Shown: positions 10,086 to 20,539, counted from the first letter of the stretch. The stretch: 64,000 nt of DNA from Candidatus Hydrogenedentota bacterium (GCA_045863295.1 BTWA01000005.1:32001-96000); one strand, 5' to 3'. The notes: generated from the letters alone by a model not told the origin. Translations and numbers: made by a program.

Positions 10086-10309
10086 ACCATGCTCGGATGT
10101 GTAAGATAAACCTGGACAGTCTCTTGTGGGAACTACTCCACAAATATAGTTTGTTGATATGGCACTGAATGGCGCAAATTTCGCTACAAATTACTCACAT
10201 TTGAGCAATATTGTCCGGGTCCTGTCTCGAATCGACCAACTCCCAACTCAGATAAATGCCGGAGAGTACCTGCTGGACGAAGCAGGCAAATTCGTGATAA
10301 GAATCAGGC

Positions 10310-10663
10310 ATGCCAAACTTCTACGATGCGGTGCATAGACTGGTACGGGAAATTCCGCGTGGTCGGGTCACGACGTATGGTCGAATTGCCGCAATTCTGG
10401 GGTGTCCACGGGCGGCCCGAGCCGTCGGGTATGCGATGAAGGCCAGTCCGGATGACGTCCCCTGGCAGCGAGTCATCAACCGAAAGGGTGGCATCAGTGC
10501 GCGCGGGGAAGTGGAACGGCCCATGCTCCAGCGGGAACTATTGGAACAGGAAGGCGTCGAATTCGATGCCGATGGCAACTGCGATCTCAAACAATATTTG
10601 TGGACGCCTTCAAACCCTGACGATTTCCTGTACGAAGGCAATATGGACATGCCCTTTCGCTAA
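10310..10663 (+). CDS. Alkyltransferase-like protein (Atl/YbaZ, MGMT family, non-catalytic)
   Basis: IPRGRVTTYG, RAVGYAM HTH; PWQRV where active MGMT has PCHRV. Confidence 0.88.
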   Translation: MPNFYDAVHRLVREIPRGRVTTYGRIAAILGCPRAARAVGYAMKASPDDVPWQRVINRKGGISARGEVERPMLQRELLEQEGVEFDADGNCDLKQYLWTPSNPDDFLYEGNMDMPFR

Positions 10664-10684
10664 GGCCGTGGGCTGCCCACGCGG

Positions 10685-11965
10685 TTATCGGTTGATGATG
10701 CTCTCTAGGGCGGAAAGCAGGACGGGGCCCGTCTCCGGGCCGAGCGACATGCTTGTAAGGTACTCGGCGTGCGGCAGTGACCCGTCTGTGAAATATTCCG
10801 GCTTCAGAATGTATCCCAATGCATCGAGCCCAAGCCCGATCACAAATTTGGGCTCTGTTGGCATCCACTCCTTAGTGGCGAACGAGTAAGCGGGTGGTGT
10901 CTCTCCGGGGTGCGTTGCGAACTGGGCTGACCCGACGGCAAACCACACCACTTCAGATTCCACGGTGTCGCCAACCTCTCTCTCGATGACCCCAGCCTGG
11001 CTCAACATTTTCCACCCTTCGTTTTGCACAGGAAAAGTTACCTTCTTGCTGGCAAAGCGGATCCGGGTTCCTTCCACGGGTTGAGCCTTGGTCAACGCGT
11101 TGATGACCGTCTTGGCGAGATCGCCGCCGTAGGTGTCCGCGAGTGGAAAGCTCCGATCGCCTTTGTCGGGTTGTACCCAACCGCCCACGGCGCCCTGCAC
11201 AAACACGTGTTCACCAGGCAGTGCCTTTGCCATCGCACGGTAAAACCCGCCTACATAATCCGCCGATACGACGCTATGTACGGCGTCAAAGACCGTGGGA
11301 TGGCACGCGAAATTCGTGATGGTGACGACGTTCGAGCCCGCCGAGTCCAGGCACTGCAACGAGGTCACCGATCGATCCAACACGCCGGGTTCGCAGATGT
11401 TGTGAACCCATTCGCCAGGGTACTGTGTGGTGGCATATTGGAGGGTTACCGGCCTCATTGATTCCGCCGCACTACGCACTTGATCGGATGCGGACTCCAC
11501 GAGGAACTTCATGTACGCAGGATCGACACCGGAATGCATCTCGTCCGGACCCCAGATGCCCACAACGTCAGGTCCGGAATGGGTGTGTGTGGACGATACC
11601 ACGACACGTTCGGGCGGCAGTGTCATTGACGTGACTTTTTCCGAGGCGCGCCGCCGGATCTCCTGTACTGTAGTGTACGAGAGTCCAATGCAATCCACGA
11701 CCACCAGCGCAGCCGCGGACTGTTCGTCGGAAAAAACAACCGCTTTTGCGAAAAGATCGTCGTGTACACTCGTAAACCGCCGGTTCCGCGCATCGCCGGC
11801 GATAAACGAACCCATGGGCGGATTCACCGTGGCAGAAGCCGCACCCGCATGTATCATCGTGGAATTTCCTTCGACTTGTCCGTAGGTGGTCTCCACCGGA
11901 CCAATCAACGCGACGGTCACGACGGCGCAGATCCATTTCCAATGGGTTCCAATTTTGCGTGTCAT
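10685..11965 (-). CDS. Secreted neutral/alkaline ceramidase-like hydrolase
   Basis: Signal peptide; HDDLFAKA, STHTHSGPD, NFACHPT, PGE motifs of the ceramidase N-terminal-like family. Confidence 0.7.
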   Translation of the reverse strand: MTRKIGTHWKWICAVVTVALIGPVETTYGQVEGNSTMIHAGAASATVNPPMGSFIAGDARNRRFTSVHDDLFAKAVVFSDEQSAAALVVVDCIGLSYTTVQEIRRRASEKVTSMTLPPERVVVSSTHTHSGPDVVGIWGPDEMHSGVDPAYMKFLVESASDQVRSAAESMRPVTLQYATTQYPGEWVHNICEPGVLDRSVTSLQCLDSAGSNVVTITNFACHPTVFDAVHSVVSADYVGGFYRAMAKALPGEHVFVQGAVGGWVQPDKGDRSFPLADTYGGDLAKTVINALTKAQPVEGTRIRFASKKVTFPVQNEGWKMLSQAGVIEREVGDTVESEVVWFAVGSAQFATHPGETPPAYSFATKEWMPTEPKFVIGLGLDALGYILKPEYFTDGSLPHAEYLTSMSLGPETGPVLLSALESIINR

Positions 11966-12013
11966 GTAGCCCCTCGCATGGTGTTGTGCCGTCCCGGAGC
12001 AGCTGTTGGTCGG

Positions 12014-13834
12014 CTATTTGTCCGCAGTTGCGGCTTCCGATTCGTCCAGTGCTGAGGCCCGATCACGAAGGGTCTCGCCGGTCGCGGATCGCAGGGAATG
12101 CCACGCCTGCCGCAATTGCACGCGCGCGGATGCCAGATTGGCCTGCGCAGCGATTAGATCTCGTTGCGCTTCATTCAAACGAACCAGCGAACCTACGCCC
12201 GCACTGTATTCCTTCTCCACGAGATCCCGGTTTCTTTGAACGAACGTTGCGTTGGCCCGCTGAAGCACGAGCAGTTCCTGCGCGGACTTCAGCGCTTCGA
12301 TGGCCTGACGCACCTCCGAAGCCACGCCCAATTCCGTTTGATAAAGATTGCGCTCTGCTTCGTCGCGCAGGGCCTTTGCCTCAGCGACCCGGGCTACGTT
12401 CCGGCCACCGGCAAACAGCTCGTAATTCACCGATACGCCGACCGTGGTGCCAAAATCCTCTTCGCCGAAATGCAGGTTTTCATCGCGCACGGCATCTTTC
12501 GACACGCCAGCTACGACGGTAGGGTAATACGCGGAGCGTGCGCGTCCTATGCCGGCTTCGAACCGTTTCACCGAAAACTCGTTCAGACGTAAATCGGGGC
12601 GGTAGTTTTTGGCCAGTTCAAGAGATTCATCGGTATCCGGCAGGTTGAGTTCCTGCAACGACTCCGACTCCAGATCGGCAACCTCCATTTCGCTCGGAAA
12701 CTTTGACTCCGGCAGGGCTAGCAATTCCGCCAGCACGATCAATGCGGTCCGGTACTGTTCTTCCTGCACGATGCGCGCCGAACGCGCCGCGTTCGCCCTT
12801 ACTTCAAAGTTCAATTCATCGCTCAGCGATCCAGTGCCAACGCGCCGGCGCGCGCGGGCTTCTTCCAGTTGGCGGCTGTTAAATTCCTCATCGGCTTCCG
12901 CGATGGCCACGTTTTCGCGAAAGAGCTGCGCGGCATAGTAGGCCTGAGCAACCGCATCCAGGAGCAGCCGGTGCGCTTCGTCATAAGCCGCTTCGGTCTC
13001 GTGCAGCCCAAACTTGGCTTCCGCATTCGCGAACTTGCGATCAAAACCGTTGAACACAATCCAATTGGCCGCTATGGAAATCCTGTGGTCTTCAAACGAA
13101 TCGTCGACCAGCCGCCGGGCCTGCGCGGCGCGCAGCCAGGTCGCCACGAAATCGTTAAAGATGGGCTGTTGCGCCAAAGGTGACTGACCCGCTCCGCCCG
13201 TACCCGTCAAGAAGGCGAGCCCTTGGGCAAACGCACTTAGCCAGTCGGCCTGCAGCTTGCCGATGGTTTGCAGGCCAAAATTTCTCAAGTAGGCGTCGGA
13301 AGCCTGATTGCGAAATGAGCGGTAGGTGTTTTCAGCCAGCCATGTGTAACTTGTCGAACCGGACAGCGTCACGGTCGGATACCACAAGCTTCGCGCTTGC
13401 TTCACCCGCGCTTGCCCTTGCCGGACACGCGCCTCGGCCGCCTGCAACGACGGATTCTCAATGAGGGCGATTCGCTGCGCCGTATTGAGATCGAGCACTC
13501 GAAGTTCGCCGGACGCGAGGGCCTCGATCGACAAACGGCCCGGGGTTTGACCGGCCGATTCGCTTTCCGCTTTTGCATCGGCTTCCGCAACAGGTTCCGG
13601 CGAAGTTGCCGTACTGTCTGCCGGGACCGTTTCCGGTGACTCGGGTTCTGTGAACGCATCCGGGGGAGATAACACGGACAGGCCCAGTAACACGAGCCAC
13701 ACACTACGCCGGATTCCGCTAGCAATCACGAGACCAACTCCTTCCGCAATTCCGCACTTTGGAAAGTTCAACTGAAACATCCGTTCCCGCAAACTCTCCC
13801 GCACCCTTGCAAGGACACCGGCCATTCGGCCCAT
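12014..13834 (-). CDS. TolC-family outer membrane efflux protein (true start probably downstream of 13834)
   Basis: Two OEP repeats (ALIENPSLQAAEARV; AKNYRPDLR; YYPTV; LFAGG; YSAGVGS); downstream of RND genes on the same strand. Confidence 0.88.
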   Translation of the reverse strand: MGRMAGVLARVRESLRERMFQLNFPKCGIAEGVGLVIASGIRRSVWLVLLGLSVLSPPDAFTEPESPETVPADSTATSPEPVAEADAKAESESAGQTPGRLSIEALASGELRVLDLNTAQRIALIENPSLQAAEARVRQGQARVKQARSLWYPTVTLSGSTSYTWLAENTYRSFRNQASDAYLRNFGLQTIGKLQADWLSAFAQGLAFLTGTGGAGQSPLAQQPIFNDFVATWLRAAQARRLVDDSFEDHRISIAANWIVFNGFDRKFANAEAKFGLHETEAAYDEAHRLLLDAVAQAYYAAQLFRENVAIAEADEEFNSRQLEEARARRRVGTGSLSDELNFEVRANAARSARIVQEEQYRTALIVLAELLALPESKFPSEMEVADLESESLQELNLPDTDESLELAKNYRPDLRLNEFSVKRFEAGIGRARSAYYPTVVAGVSKDAVRDENLHFGEEDFGTTVGVSVNYELFAGGRNVARVAEAKALRDEAERNLYQTELGVASEVRQAIEALKSAQELLVLQRANATFVQRNRDLVEKEYSAGVGSLVRLNEAQRDLIAAQANLASARVQLRQAWHSLRSATGETLRDRASALDESEAATADK

Positions 13835-13998
13835 CCTCGATCTTGCACACAGCCGGTTGGCTGGCCTCCCTCGCCGGCAGGGTACGCATTGTCGGTACTA
13901 CACACAGTCCGCAAATCGTTCGTCAATAACGAGTACGACGCGATTCCAAGCGTCGTCTATTGCGCCACACAGGTTCTCCGCCGGGCCCCAAAGGCCGA

Positions 13999-16900
13999 TT
14001 AGTCAAATGACAAATTCACCTTGGGAGGCTCCGGGCGGCCAAAGATTTCCAGTTCTTCTTCCGGGTTCATGATTCGCTGACGCGCCGGTTCGACTTCTTC
14101 AGGCGCTACCCAAACGCCGCTGAACAGGTAGCGCAGACCCCGTCGAATGTCATTGAGAATACCGAGCAGACACGGCACGAGCAACAAAGTAAGAAGTGTG
14201 GCAAAACCAACGCCCGCCGCCAGCGACAACGCCATGGGGACGAGAAACTGCGCCTGCACATCCTTTTCCATAATCATGGGGGCCAGTCCACCGACGGTTG
14301 TGACCGTGGTGAGAAAGATGGCGCGGAACCGGCGTGTGCCCGCATTGACGATGGATCGGAAGAACGAGGTGCCCTCGGAGATGTTAGTGTTTACACATTC
14401 TATGAACACGATCGCGTCGTTGACCACCACGCCTGCGAGCGCAACGATGCCAAACATACTCATAATGGTCAGCGGGTATCCCAGCAAAAAGTGTCCCCAC
14501 AACGCTCCTATAATTCCAAAAGGTACCGTCAGCATGATGATGAAGGGCTGGAGGTACGACCGGAAGATTGTGGCGATAATGACAAAGATGCCGGCCAGGG
14601 CCAACGGAAATCCCACATACAAGCTGCCCAGGGAATCGGCGGACTCTTTTGCTTCGCCTTGGAATTCCATTCGCACTCCAGGAAATTCCGACATGACCTC
14701 GCCAAACGCTCCGGGCTGGCCATTTGTTCCTTTTGTCAGCGCGTTGGTGATGATGGTCGCCGTGGTGACACTCGTATCCACGTCCGCGCTGACCGATACC
14801 CGGCGAAAGCCGTCCGTGCGGATGATGCTTGCGTAACCGGGACCATACGAGATGTCCGCGACAGACATCAGCGGCACTTCTGTGCCCATGGGAGTGCGGA
14901 TTCTAACGTTGGCCAGATCATCCACTTGACTTCGTTCTTCCGCCGTATAGCGGACTTTGACGCGGATATCGTCACGGCCCCGCTGTATGCGCAATGCCTC
15001 CTCGCCAAAGTACCCGGCATACACCTGGCTGGCCAAATCGTTTACGGTGATTCCCAGTGAGCGCGCTTCCGGCTTCAGACGCATCCGGAATTCATTTTTG
15101 CCCGGGCGAAAGTCCGTTTGCACCTGCAGCACGCCTTCGTACGACTGCAGCTTCTGTTTGAGCCGATCGGCGGCGCCCAGAATCTGTTCCATGTCGCGCC
15201 CTTGCACCCAAATCTCAATGGCGGCGCCAGGCGGGCCAGTTTCCATACCCGCAAACGTCAATGCGGTGATTCCGGGAATGACGCCCACTTCCTTCTCCCA
15301 AAGTACCATGAGATCCTTCGAATGCAGGTCGCGAAATTCCGACTGGACCAGCTTGGCCCGAACGGCCCCCAAGTGCTGGCCGGACGAAGTACGGTTGTCA
15401 AATTCCGCTGTGGCCATGCCGCTTCCCACCAGTGAGTAGCTGGACAAAACCACGGGGCTTCCATCTTTGGCCCGTACCTTGTCTTGAATTCGACTCAGTG
15501 CCGCTTCTACGTCCCGCACTGCCGCCTCAGTCACCTCATACGGCGTGCCATTGGGAAATTCCACGCTGGCGGTGATCTGATCGCCGTCAATGTCCGGAAA
15601 CAGTATGAACCTCAAGAATCCGCCCGCATTGAGACCTAGCGTGAGCAGGAAGACGGCTACGGCCATGCTGAACACGACGTAGCGCCACCGCAGGCACAAC
15701 CTCAGGAAGGGCGCATACATGTGTTCCACAAACCACTCCAGGCCGTTGGAGATGTTCAAGCGCATGGCGCGCAACCGGTGAATAACGGGATTTTCGTGGT
15801 GCGGCGGTCGATTGGGATCCGGAAGATTGTTGAGATGTGCTGGAAACATGATGATGCTTTCAACCAGCGAAATAAACAACGCAGCAATGACTGCAATGGG
15901 CAGTATTGCAATGAATTTTCCCATCACGCCGCCCACGAACATCAATGGAACGAATGCGACCATCGTAGTAGTGACAGCCGCGACCACAGGCATGCCAACT
16001 TCCATGGTCCCGTTTACTGCGGCGGCCAGTGGGCCATCGCCTTTCTTTCTGTGAACATAGATGGCTTCGCCAACCACGATTGCGTCGTCGACAATGATTC
16101 CCAGAACCATGATGAGCCCGAAAAGCGAAATCATGTTGATGGTCGCGCCCAGAAACCACATGATTGCGAGACCGCCCAGGAGTGAAATGGGAATGCCCAT
16201 CGATGCCCAGATGCTAAGACGCAAATCCAGAAACACCCAGAGCAAAATAAAGACCAGCGCCAGCCCCATCAGCCCATTGCGCAGCAACAAATCGATGCGC
16301 TGTTGGATCATGACGGACTGATCGTCCCAGATGCTGATGTCGAGGCCTTCCGGCAACGTACCCTGCTTCTCCGCCACCCATTGGCGCACGGCGGCCGCAA
16401 TGGCAATCGCGTCCTCCTCCTGGGTCTTTGACACCATGACCAAAACGCATGGTTCGCCGTTCATCGTGCCGCTTAATCGATCTTCGGTAAAGCCATCGTT
16501 GATCTTGGCCAGCTTGTCGAGCGTAATCGTCTCGCCGTTAGGCCGGCTCAGGATAATGATCTTCGAAAAGTCGGCGCCCGTGTAGTTGCGTCCGAGCGTA
16601 CGAAGGCGGATCTCTTCGCCTTTCGTGCGAATGGTGCCGCCGGCCAGATTCAGGCTATTCGCCCGGATGATGTTCGACACTTGATCGAACGTAAGGCCGT
16701 ATTGGCGGAGCTTCTCTTCGGAAATCTCAATGGTGATTTCATAATCGCGGGTGCCCGCCACGGATACCTGGGAAATATCCGGCAAGTTCAGCAATTCGTC
16801 CTTAATGTTTTCGCCCCACTCCTTGAGCTGACGTTCGTTCAAGGGGCCTGAAAGGGCCAGCGCCACGACTTCCCGCTTTAGCGTGACTTCCACAATAATG

Positions 16901-17277
16901 GGCTTTTCTGCGTCCACCGGAAACGTGCTGATTGCCTCGACGCGGGTGCGTACCTCGTCTTTGACCCACTCGACGTCATAACTCTCCTTGACTTCGATAT
17001 AGGTGAGACCCACGTTTTCCATGGAAACGGTGTCGTACTGCTTGATGCCTTCCAGACCTTCGATGGCCTCTTCGATCTTTCGGGAGATGGCTTCCTCTAC
17101 CTCTTCAGGATCCGCGCCGGGATAGAGGACGTTGATGGTGATGATATCGACGGAAAACTCCGGGAAGGCCTCGCGTACCATCAAGACCGAAGCCAGCAGG
17201 CCGGAAAAGATAATGGTCACCAACACAATATTGGCGAAGACGCGATTCCGGGCGAACGCCGCGATAATGGTTCTCAT
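13999..17277 (-). CDS. RND efflux permease, AcrB/AcrD/AcrF family
   Basis: 1092 aa, 12-TM pattern, GIIVDDAIVV, GVVVNDAIV, RFRAIFLT. Confidence 0.93.
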   Translation of the reverse strand: MRTIIAAFARNRVFANIVLVTIIFSGLLASVLMVREAFPEFSVDIITINVLYPGADPEEVEEAISRKIEEAIEGLEGIKQYDTVSMENVGLTYIEVKESYDVEWVKDEVRTRVEAISTFPVDAEKPIIVEVTLKREVVALALSGPLNERQLKEWGENIKDELLNLPDISQVSVAGTRDYEITIEISEEKLRQYGLTFDQVSNIIRANSLNLAGGTIRTKGEEIRLRTLGRNYTGADFSKIIILSRPNGETITLDKLAKINDGFTEDRLSGTMNGEPCVLVMVSKTQEEDAIAIAAAVRQWVAEKQGTLPEGLDISIWDDQSVMIQQRIDLLLRNGLMGLALVFILLWVFLDLRLSIWASMGIPISLLGGLAIMWFLGATINMISLFGLIMVLGIIVDDAIVVGEAIYVHRKKGDGPLAAAVNGTMEVGMPVVAAVTTTMVAFVPLMFVGGVMGKFIAILPIAVIAALFISLVESIIMFPAHLNNLPDPNRPPHHENPVIHRLRAMRLNISNGLEWFVEHMYAPFLRLCLRWRYVVFSMAVAVFLLTLGLNAGGFLRFILFPDIDGDQITASVEFPNGTPYEVTEAAVRDVEAALSRIQDKVRAKDGSPVVLSSYSLVGSGMATAEFDNRTSSGQHLGAVRAKLVQSEFRDLHSKDLMVLWEKEVGVIPGITALTFAGMETGPPGAAIEIWVQGRDMEQILGAADRLKQKLQSYEGVLQVQTDFRPGKNEFRMRLKPEARSLGITVNDLASQVYAGYFGEEALRIQRGRDDIRVKVRYTAEERSQVDDLANVRIRTPMGTEVPLMSVADISYGPGYASIIRTDGFRRVSVSADVDTSVTTATIITNALTKGTNGQPGAFGEVMSEFPGVRMEFQGEAKESADSLGSLYVGFPLALAGIFVIIATIFRSYLQPFIIMLTVPFGIIGALWGHFLLGYPLTIMSMFGIVALAGVVVNDAIVFIECVNTNISEGTSFFRSIVNAGTRRFRAIFLTTVTTVGGLAPMIMEKDVQAQFLVPMALSLAAGVGFATLLTLLLVPCLLGILNDIRRGLRYLFSGVWVAPEEVEPARQRIMNPEEELEIFGRPEPPKVNLSFD

Positions 17278-18596
17278 GAAGCCGGTACCGCTTCCGGTTC
17301 CGCCGGGGCAATTTCCAGCAGCGTATTCTCAAGTGGATTGACCAGGCGTGTTGTCACGACAATGGTTCCGGGTTCCAATCCCTCTTCCACGTAAGCTTTC
17401 TCGTCTTGTTTCCACGCCACCTTGACTGGTGTCGTCTTCAGGCGGTTGTTGACCGAACAGTAAACGGTGTTTTCGAAACTCACGGCCCAATCCGGCAACT
17501 CCACCACCCGGGCTAATGTCCGACCAGGAATGGATACTTCACAGAACATTCCGTCGACAAGGGGCAATCCGCCGTTTTTCGAGAAAGCCTCTTCACCCTC
17601 GACGCGCACCGCCACGGTCAGCGTCCGGGTCTGCGAATCGATCCGTTCAACGCGATCCAGCTTGCCGGTCCACTGGTGATTTTCCTTATCGGCAGTCCAC
17701 CGAACGGTGCATGGGACATCCTTGAGCTGATTGAACCACGCCAGGTTGTCGCCCGGCCTTTCATCGTTGAATGCGAGCCACTGGCGCGCCTCCGAACTGT
17801 CCAACGGCACAGAAATCTCCAGCACCTCGTCGTTCGCGATCGAAAGCACCGGCTGGCCCGGACTCACAAACTGTCCGACCACTACACGGAAGTCCTTGAT
17901 CCGCGCATTAAATGGGGCCTTGACCCGCGTACGATCCAGGTTGAGTTGAGCTATTTCCAATTGGGCCTTCGCCGCGGCAAGACTGCCTTCCGCTTCGCGG
18001 ATCTGCATCGGATACGTATCCACGGCCATCTGCATTCGCTGTTGCGCTTCAAGGGCCGTGTTCAATATTTGTTCCTGGGCTTCCACCCCGGAGAGACTGC
18101 CCACGTTGTCCTTGTTCAACAGGTCTCGCCGCCGGTCAAACTCGGCTTTGGCCAATTCCGCCGTGCGCTGCATGACCTCGAGTCGGCCCTTGTCGTTGTC
18201 AAATTGCACCTTGAGCCGCTCGATCGTACTGGTCAAGGTCTGTACCTGGGCTTCCGCCTGGCTGACATTTGCTTCGTACGTGCGGGGGTCGATCAAAAAC
18301 ATCGTTTCCCCCTTTGGGATGACACGGCCGACGTCAAGGTTTGGATGGACTTCAACGATATTTCCAGAGACTTCCGGAATGACGGAGACGACGTCAATGG
18401 CCTTTGCTTCCCCGGTCTGGCGAAGTATCACCTGAACGTCGCGAGGTTCAGCACGAATGCCCTCGACACGCAACGCGCGCTCGGCAGGGGCGGCTTCGGC
18501 GGGATCCTGACGCATCGCTCCGAGCCCGAGCATGGCCAATACGCCAAACGCGATAATGAACAGACTCAGCCCAATCGTAATGAACACTCTGCTCAT
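17274..18596 (-). CDS. RND periplasmic adaptor (membrane fusion protein)
   Basis: N-terminal TM, PEVSGNIVEV, coiled-coil hairpin, TRVKAPFNA, IDSQTRT; ATGA overlaps with both neighbours (start 18596; ORF track 18689). Confidence 0.9.
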   Translation of the reverse strand: MSRVFITIGLSLFIIAFGVLAMLGLGAMRQDPAEAAPAERALRVEGIRAEPRDVQVILRQTGEAKAIDVVSVIPEVSGNIVEVHPNLDVGRVIPKGETMFLIDPRTYEANVSQAEAQVQTLTSTIERLKVQFDNDKGRLEVMQRTAELAKAEFDRRRDLLNKDNVGSLSGVEAQEQILNTALEAQQRMQMAVDTYPMQIREAEGSLAAAKAQLEIAQLNLDRTRVKAPFNARIKDFRVVVGQFVSPGQPVLSIANDEVLEISVPLDSSEARQWLAFNDERPGDNLAWFNQLKDVPCTVRWTADKENHQWTGKLDRVERIDSQTRTLTVAVRVEGEEAFSKNGGLPLVDGMFCEVSIPGRTLARVVELPDWAVSFENTVYCSVNNRLKTTPVKVAWKQDEKAYVEEGLEPGTIVVTTRLVNPLENTLLEIAPAEPEAVPAS

Positions 18597-19108
18597 GAAC
18601 CGACTCCAGTGCGTTCCCGGCTGTCCGGGGCCAAGCGAGGTTGTTCGTCTTCGAGAATTTTTCCAATGCGGTCGTACACGGTGCACCACATCCGGGCGGT
18701 TTCAGGCCCTGCCTTTTCAAGCAAATCGACAATGAATTCCAGAATCAGGCTCTCCGTGGCATGAACCGCGTTATCGCCCATTTCCGTCAGTTGCACGACC
18801 ACTTCACGGCGATCCACCTGGCTCTGCTCGCGCGTTACCGCCCCAATATCCACCAGCCGGTCGACCATGGTCGAAGCCGAGGGCGCCGATACCTCAAGCG
18901 CCTCCGCCAAATCCTTGATGGTGACTTGCCCGCGATCGCGCACTGCCGCCAGCATGTTCAGTTGGGGAATGGTCAATTCCAGAGCGTCTTCCGAGCCCGA
19001 CCCGCAACAGCACGAGGCTCGATTCAGATTTCTGGACGTGATACGCGCCTTAATAAGGCGAATCGTTCGCAACAGGTCACGCGCCTGTTCTCGTACGTCG
19101 TTTTGCAC
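18593..19108 (-). CDS. MarR-family transcriptional regulator
   Basis: LTIPQLNML...IKDLAEALEVSAPSASTMVDRL...DRREVVVQLT wHTH; first gene of the efflux operon. Confidence 0.9.
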   Translation of the reverse strand: MQNDVREQARDLLRTIRLIKARITSRNLNRASCCCGSGSEDALELTIPQLNMLAAVRDRGQVTIKDLAEALEVSAPSASTMVDRLVDIGAVTREQSQVDRREVVVQLTEMGDNAVHATESLILEFIVDLLEKAGPETARMWCTVYDRIGKILEDEQPRLAPDSRERTGVGS

Positions 19109-19145
19109 CAGTTGCAGCCTCTTCGATTAACGGTTAATGTATGCA

Positions 19146-19196
19146 TTATTTAGAAATGCTAACAATAACTCTATCGAATTATTCCGCTTTTGGCAA
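19146..19196 (-). promoter_or_regulatory. Putative sigma70 promoter with overlapping palindromic MarR operator
   Basis: Minus strand TTGCCA-17-TAGAGT (19196-19168); inverted repeat TTATTTAG-aaatg-CTAACAATAA (19146-19168) at the expected transcription start. Confidence 0.55.
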
Positions 19197-19555
19197 TAGC
19201 CATTTTGAGAGGAACAAGTGTCATGCCATATCCCCCTTTATTCATAAAACATTGCAAACAAATATGTTATGCAAATAAAGCTGCTTCTTCGCAGTGAGCC
19301 CAAATGGCGGTTTTCACCCAGTATTGCACGAATGGACCACTCCACTCGGGCCACGGCAGCGGCATAGGGCGATAGGTGCCGTCGGATTAGGCCGGCTGTG
19401 AATACACGGGTTGCCACGCACACGGTGCAAAGAAGCGCCGGATCGTGCGGGCTTTGCGCGCGCTGTTCGTTGTATGGCGTTTATTGGGCTCTACCGCACA
19501 GTGCACGTTGAAAAAGGTTGCAGTGGACACGCAATTCCCCTAGTTTGGTTCGGCC

Positions 19556-20539
19556 ATGATTACGGTCAAGCGCATACGCACCCTTCCGGAGAACTTTTCG
19601 GAATTTGTTCACGAGGTGGCCGAGGGGATCGGCGCGCTCTACGGCGCCTGTGCGGCCGATTCGTATCGTCGCAGCGCGGCGCGACAAATTCAGTTGGGGA
19701 TGCAGCATCTAGGCGTAGCCTTCTATGGGGCGTTCGATGGCATGGACGCGGCCGGCATGGCCACGACGGTGCTTCGCGGTTCCCACGGCTACGTGAGTTT
19801 TGTGCATGTGCTGGACCGATTTGCAGGCGGCGGTGTTGAAGCGATGCTCGTTCAATCCGCGGTAGACGACCTTCGCCGTGCGGGCGCAGTGGCCATCGTG
19901 GCGGAGAACATCGATTTCAGCCGGCTCGACCTCGAGGGCGTTTATGGGGACCTTCAGTTTGGGCGCGTTGATCGCCTCTTGATGAAGGCCCAGACGTCTG
20001 ACCTTGTGTCGGGGCTGACGCCGGGCCGGGGAAGTATCGCGTGCTTGGGCACGCAGTACGATGAAGTGGCCGAGGTCATCTATCAGGCCTACTTGAATCA
20101 TCCCGGCCGGGATCTGCATCCAGAAGTGCAGGAAATTGGAAGTACGCGCGAGTTCGTGCGGTTGGCTGCGATTGGCGCGTTTGGCGTGAGCGAGCCGTCG
20201 TATGTGCGGATTCTCCGGCAAGGTGGCCGGCCGGCGGCGGCCATCGTTGGCTGCGAAGCGGCGCCCGACACAGGGTTCGTGCTTCAGGTGGCGTGCGTGC
20301 CGGCGGCGCAGCGAAAGGGCATGGCCACGCGATTGCTTCGGGATTTGGCGCAGGAATTTGCCGGCAAGGGATTAGGCTCGGTGGTGCTTGGGGTTACCTT
20401 GTCGAATCCTGCTAAACTTTTGTATGAAAAACTGGGCTTTGGCACGTTGCGGCCGGTAACGGCCTATGTTTGGTGGGCGAGTCCCTCGGCCGATCGTCAG
20501 GCTGGTGCCGAACCGGCTCGTCTGCGGACTGGAGAATGA
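19556..20539 (+). CDS. Tandem-domain GNAT acetyltransferase
   Basis: C-terminal VACVPAAQRKGMATRL (acetyl-CoA motif A) and NPAKLLYEKLGF; degenerate N-terminal GNAT. Confidence 0.8.
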   Translation: MITVKRIRTLPENFSEFVHEVAEGIGALYGACAADSYRRSAARQIQLGMQHLGVAFYGAFDGMDAAGMATTVLRGSHGYVSFVHVLDRFAGGGVEAMLVQSAVDDLRRAGAVAIVAENIDFSRLDLEGVYGDLQFGRVDRLLMKAQTSDLVSGLTPGRGSIACLGTQYDEVAEVIYQAYLNHPGRDLHPEVQEIGSTREFVRLAAIGAFGVSEPSYVRILRQGGRPAAAIVGCEAAPDTGFVLQVACVPAAQRKGMATRLLRDLAQEFAGKGLGSVVLGVTLSNPAKLLYEKLGFGTLRPVTAYVWWASPSADRQAGAEPARLRTGE

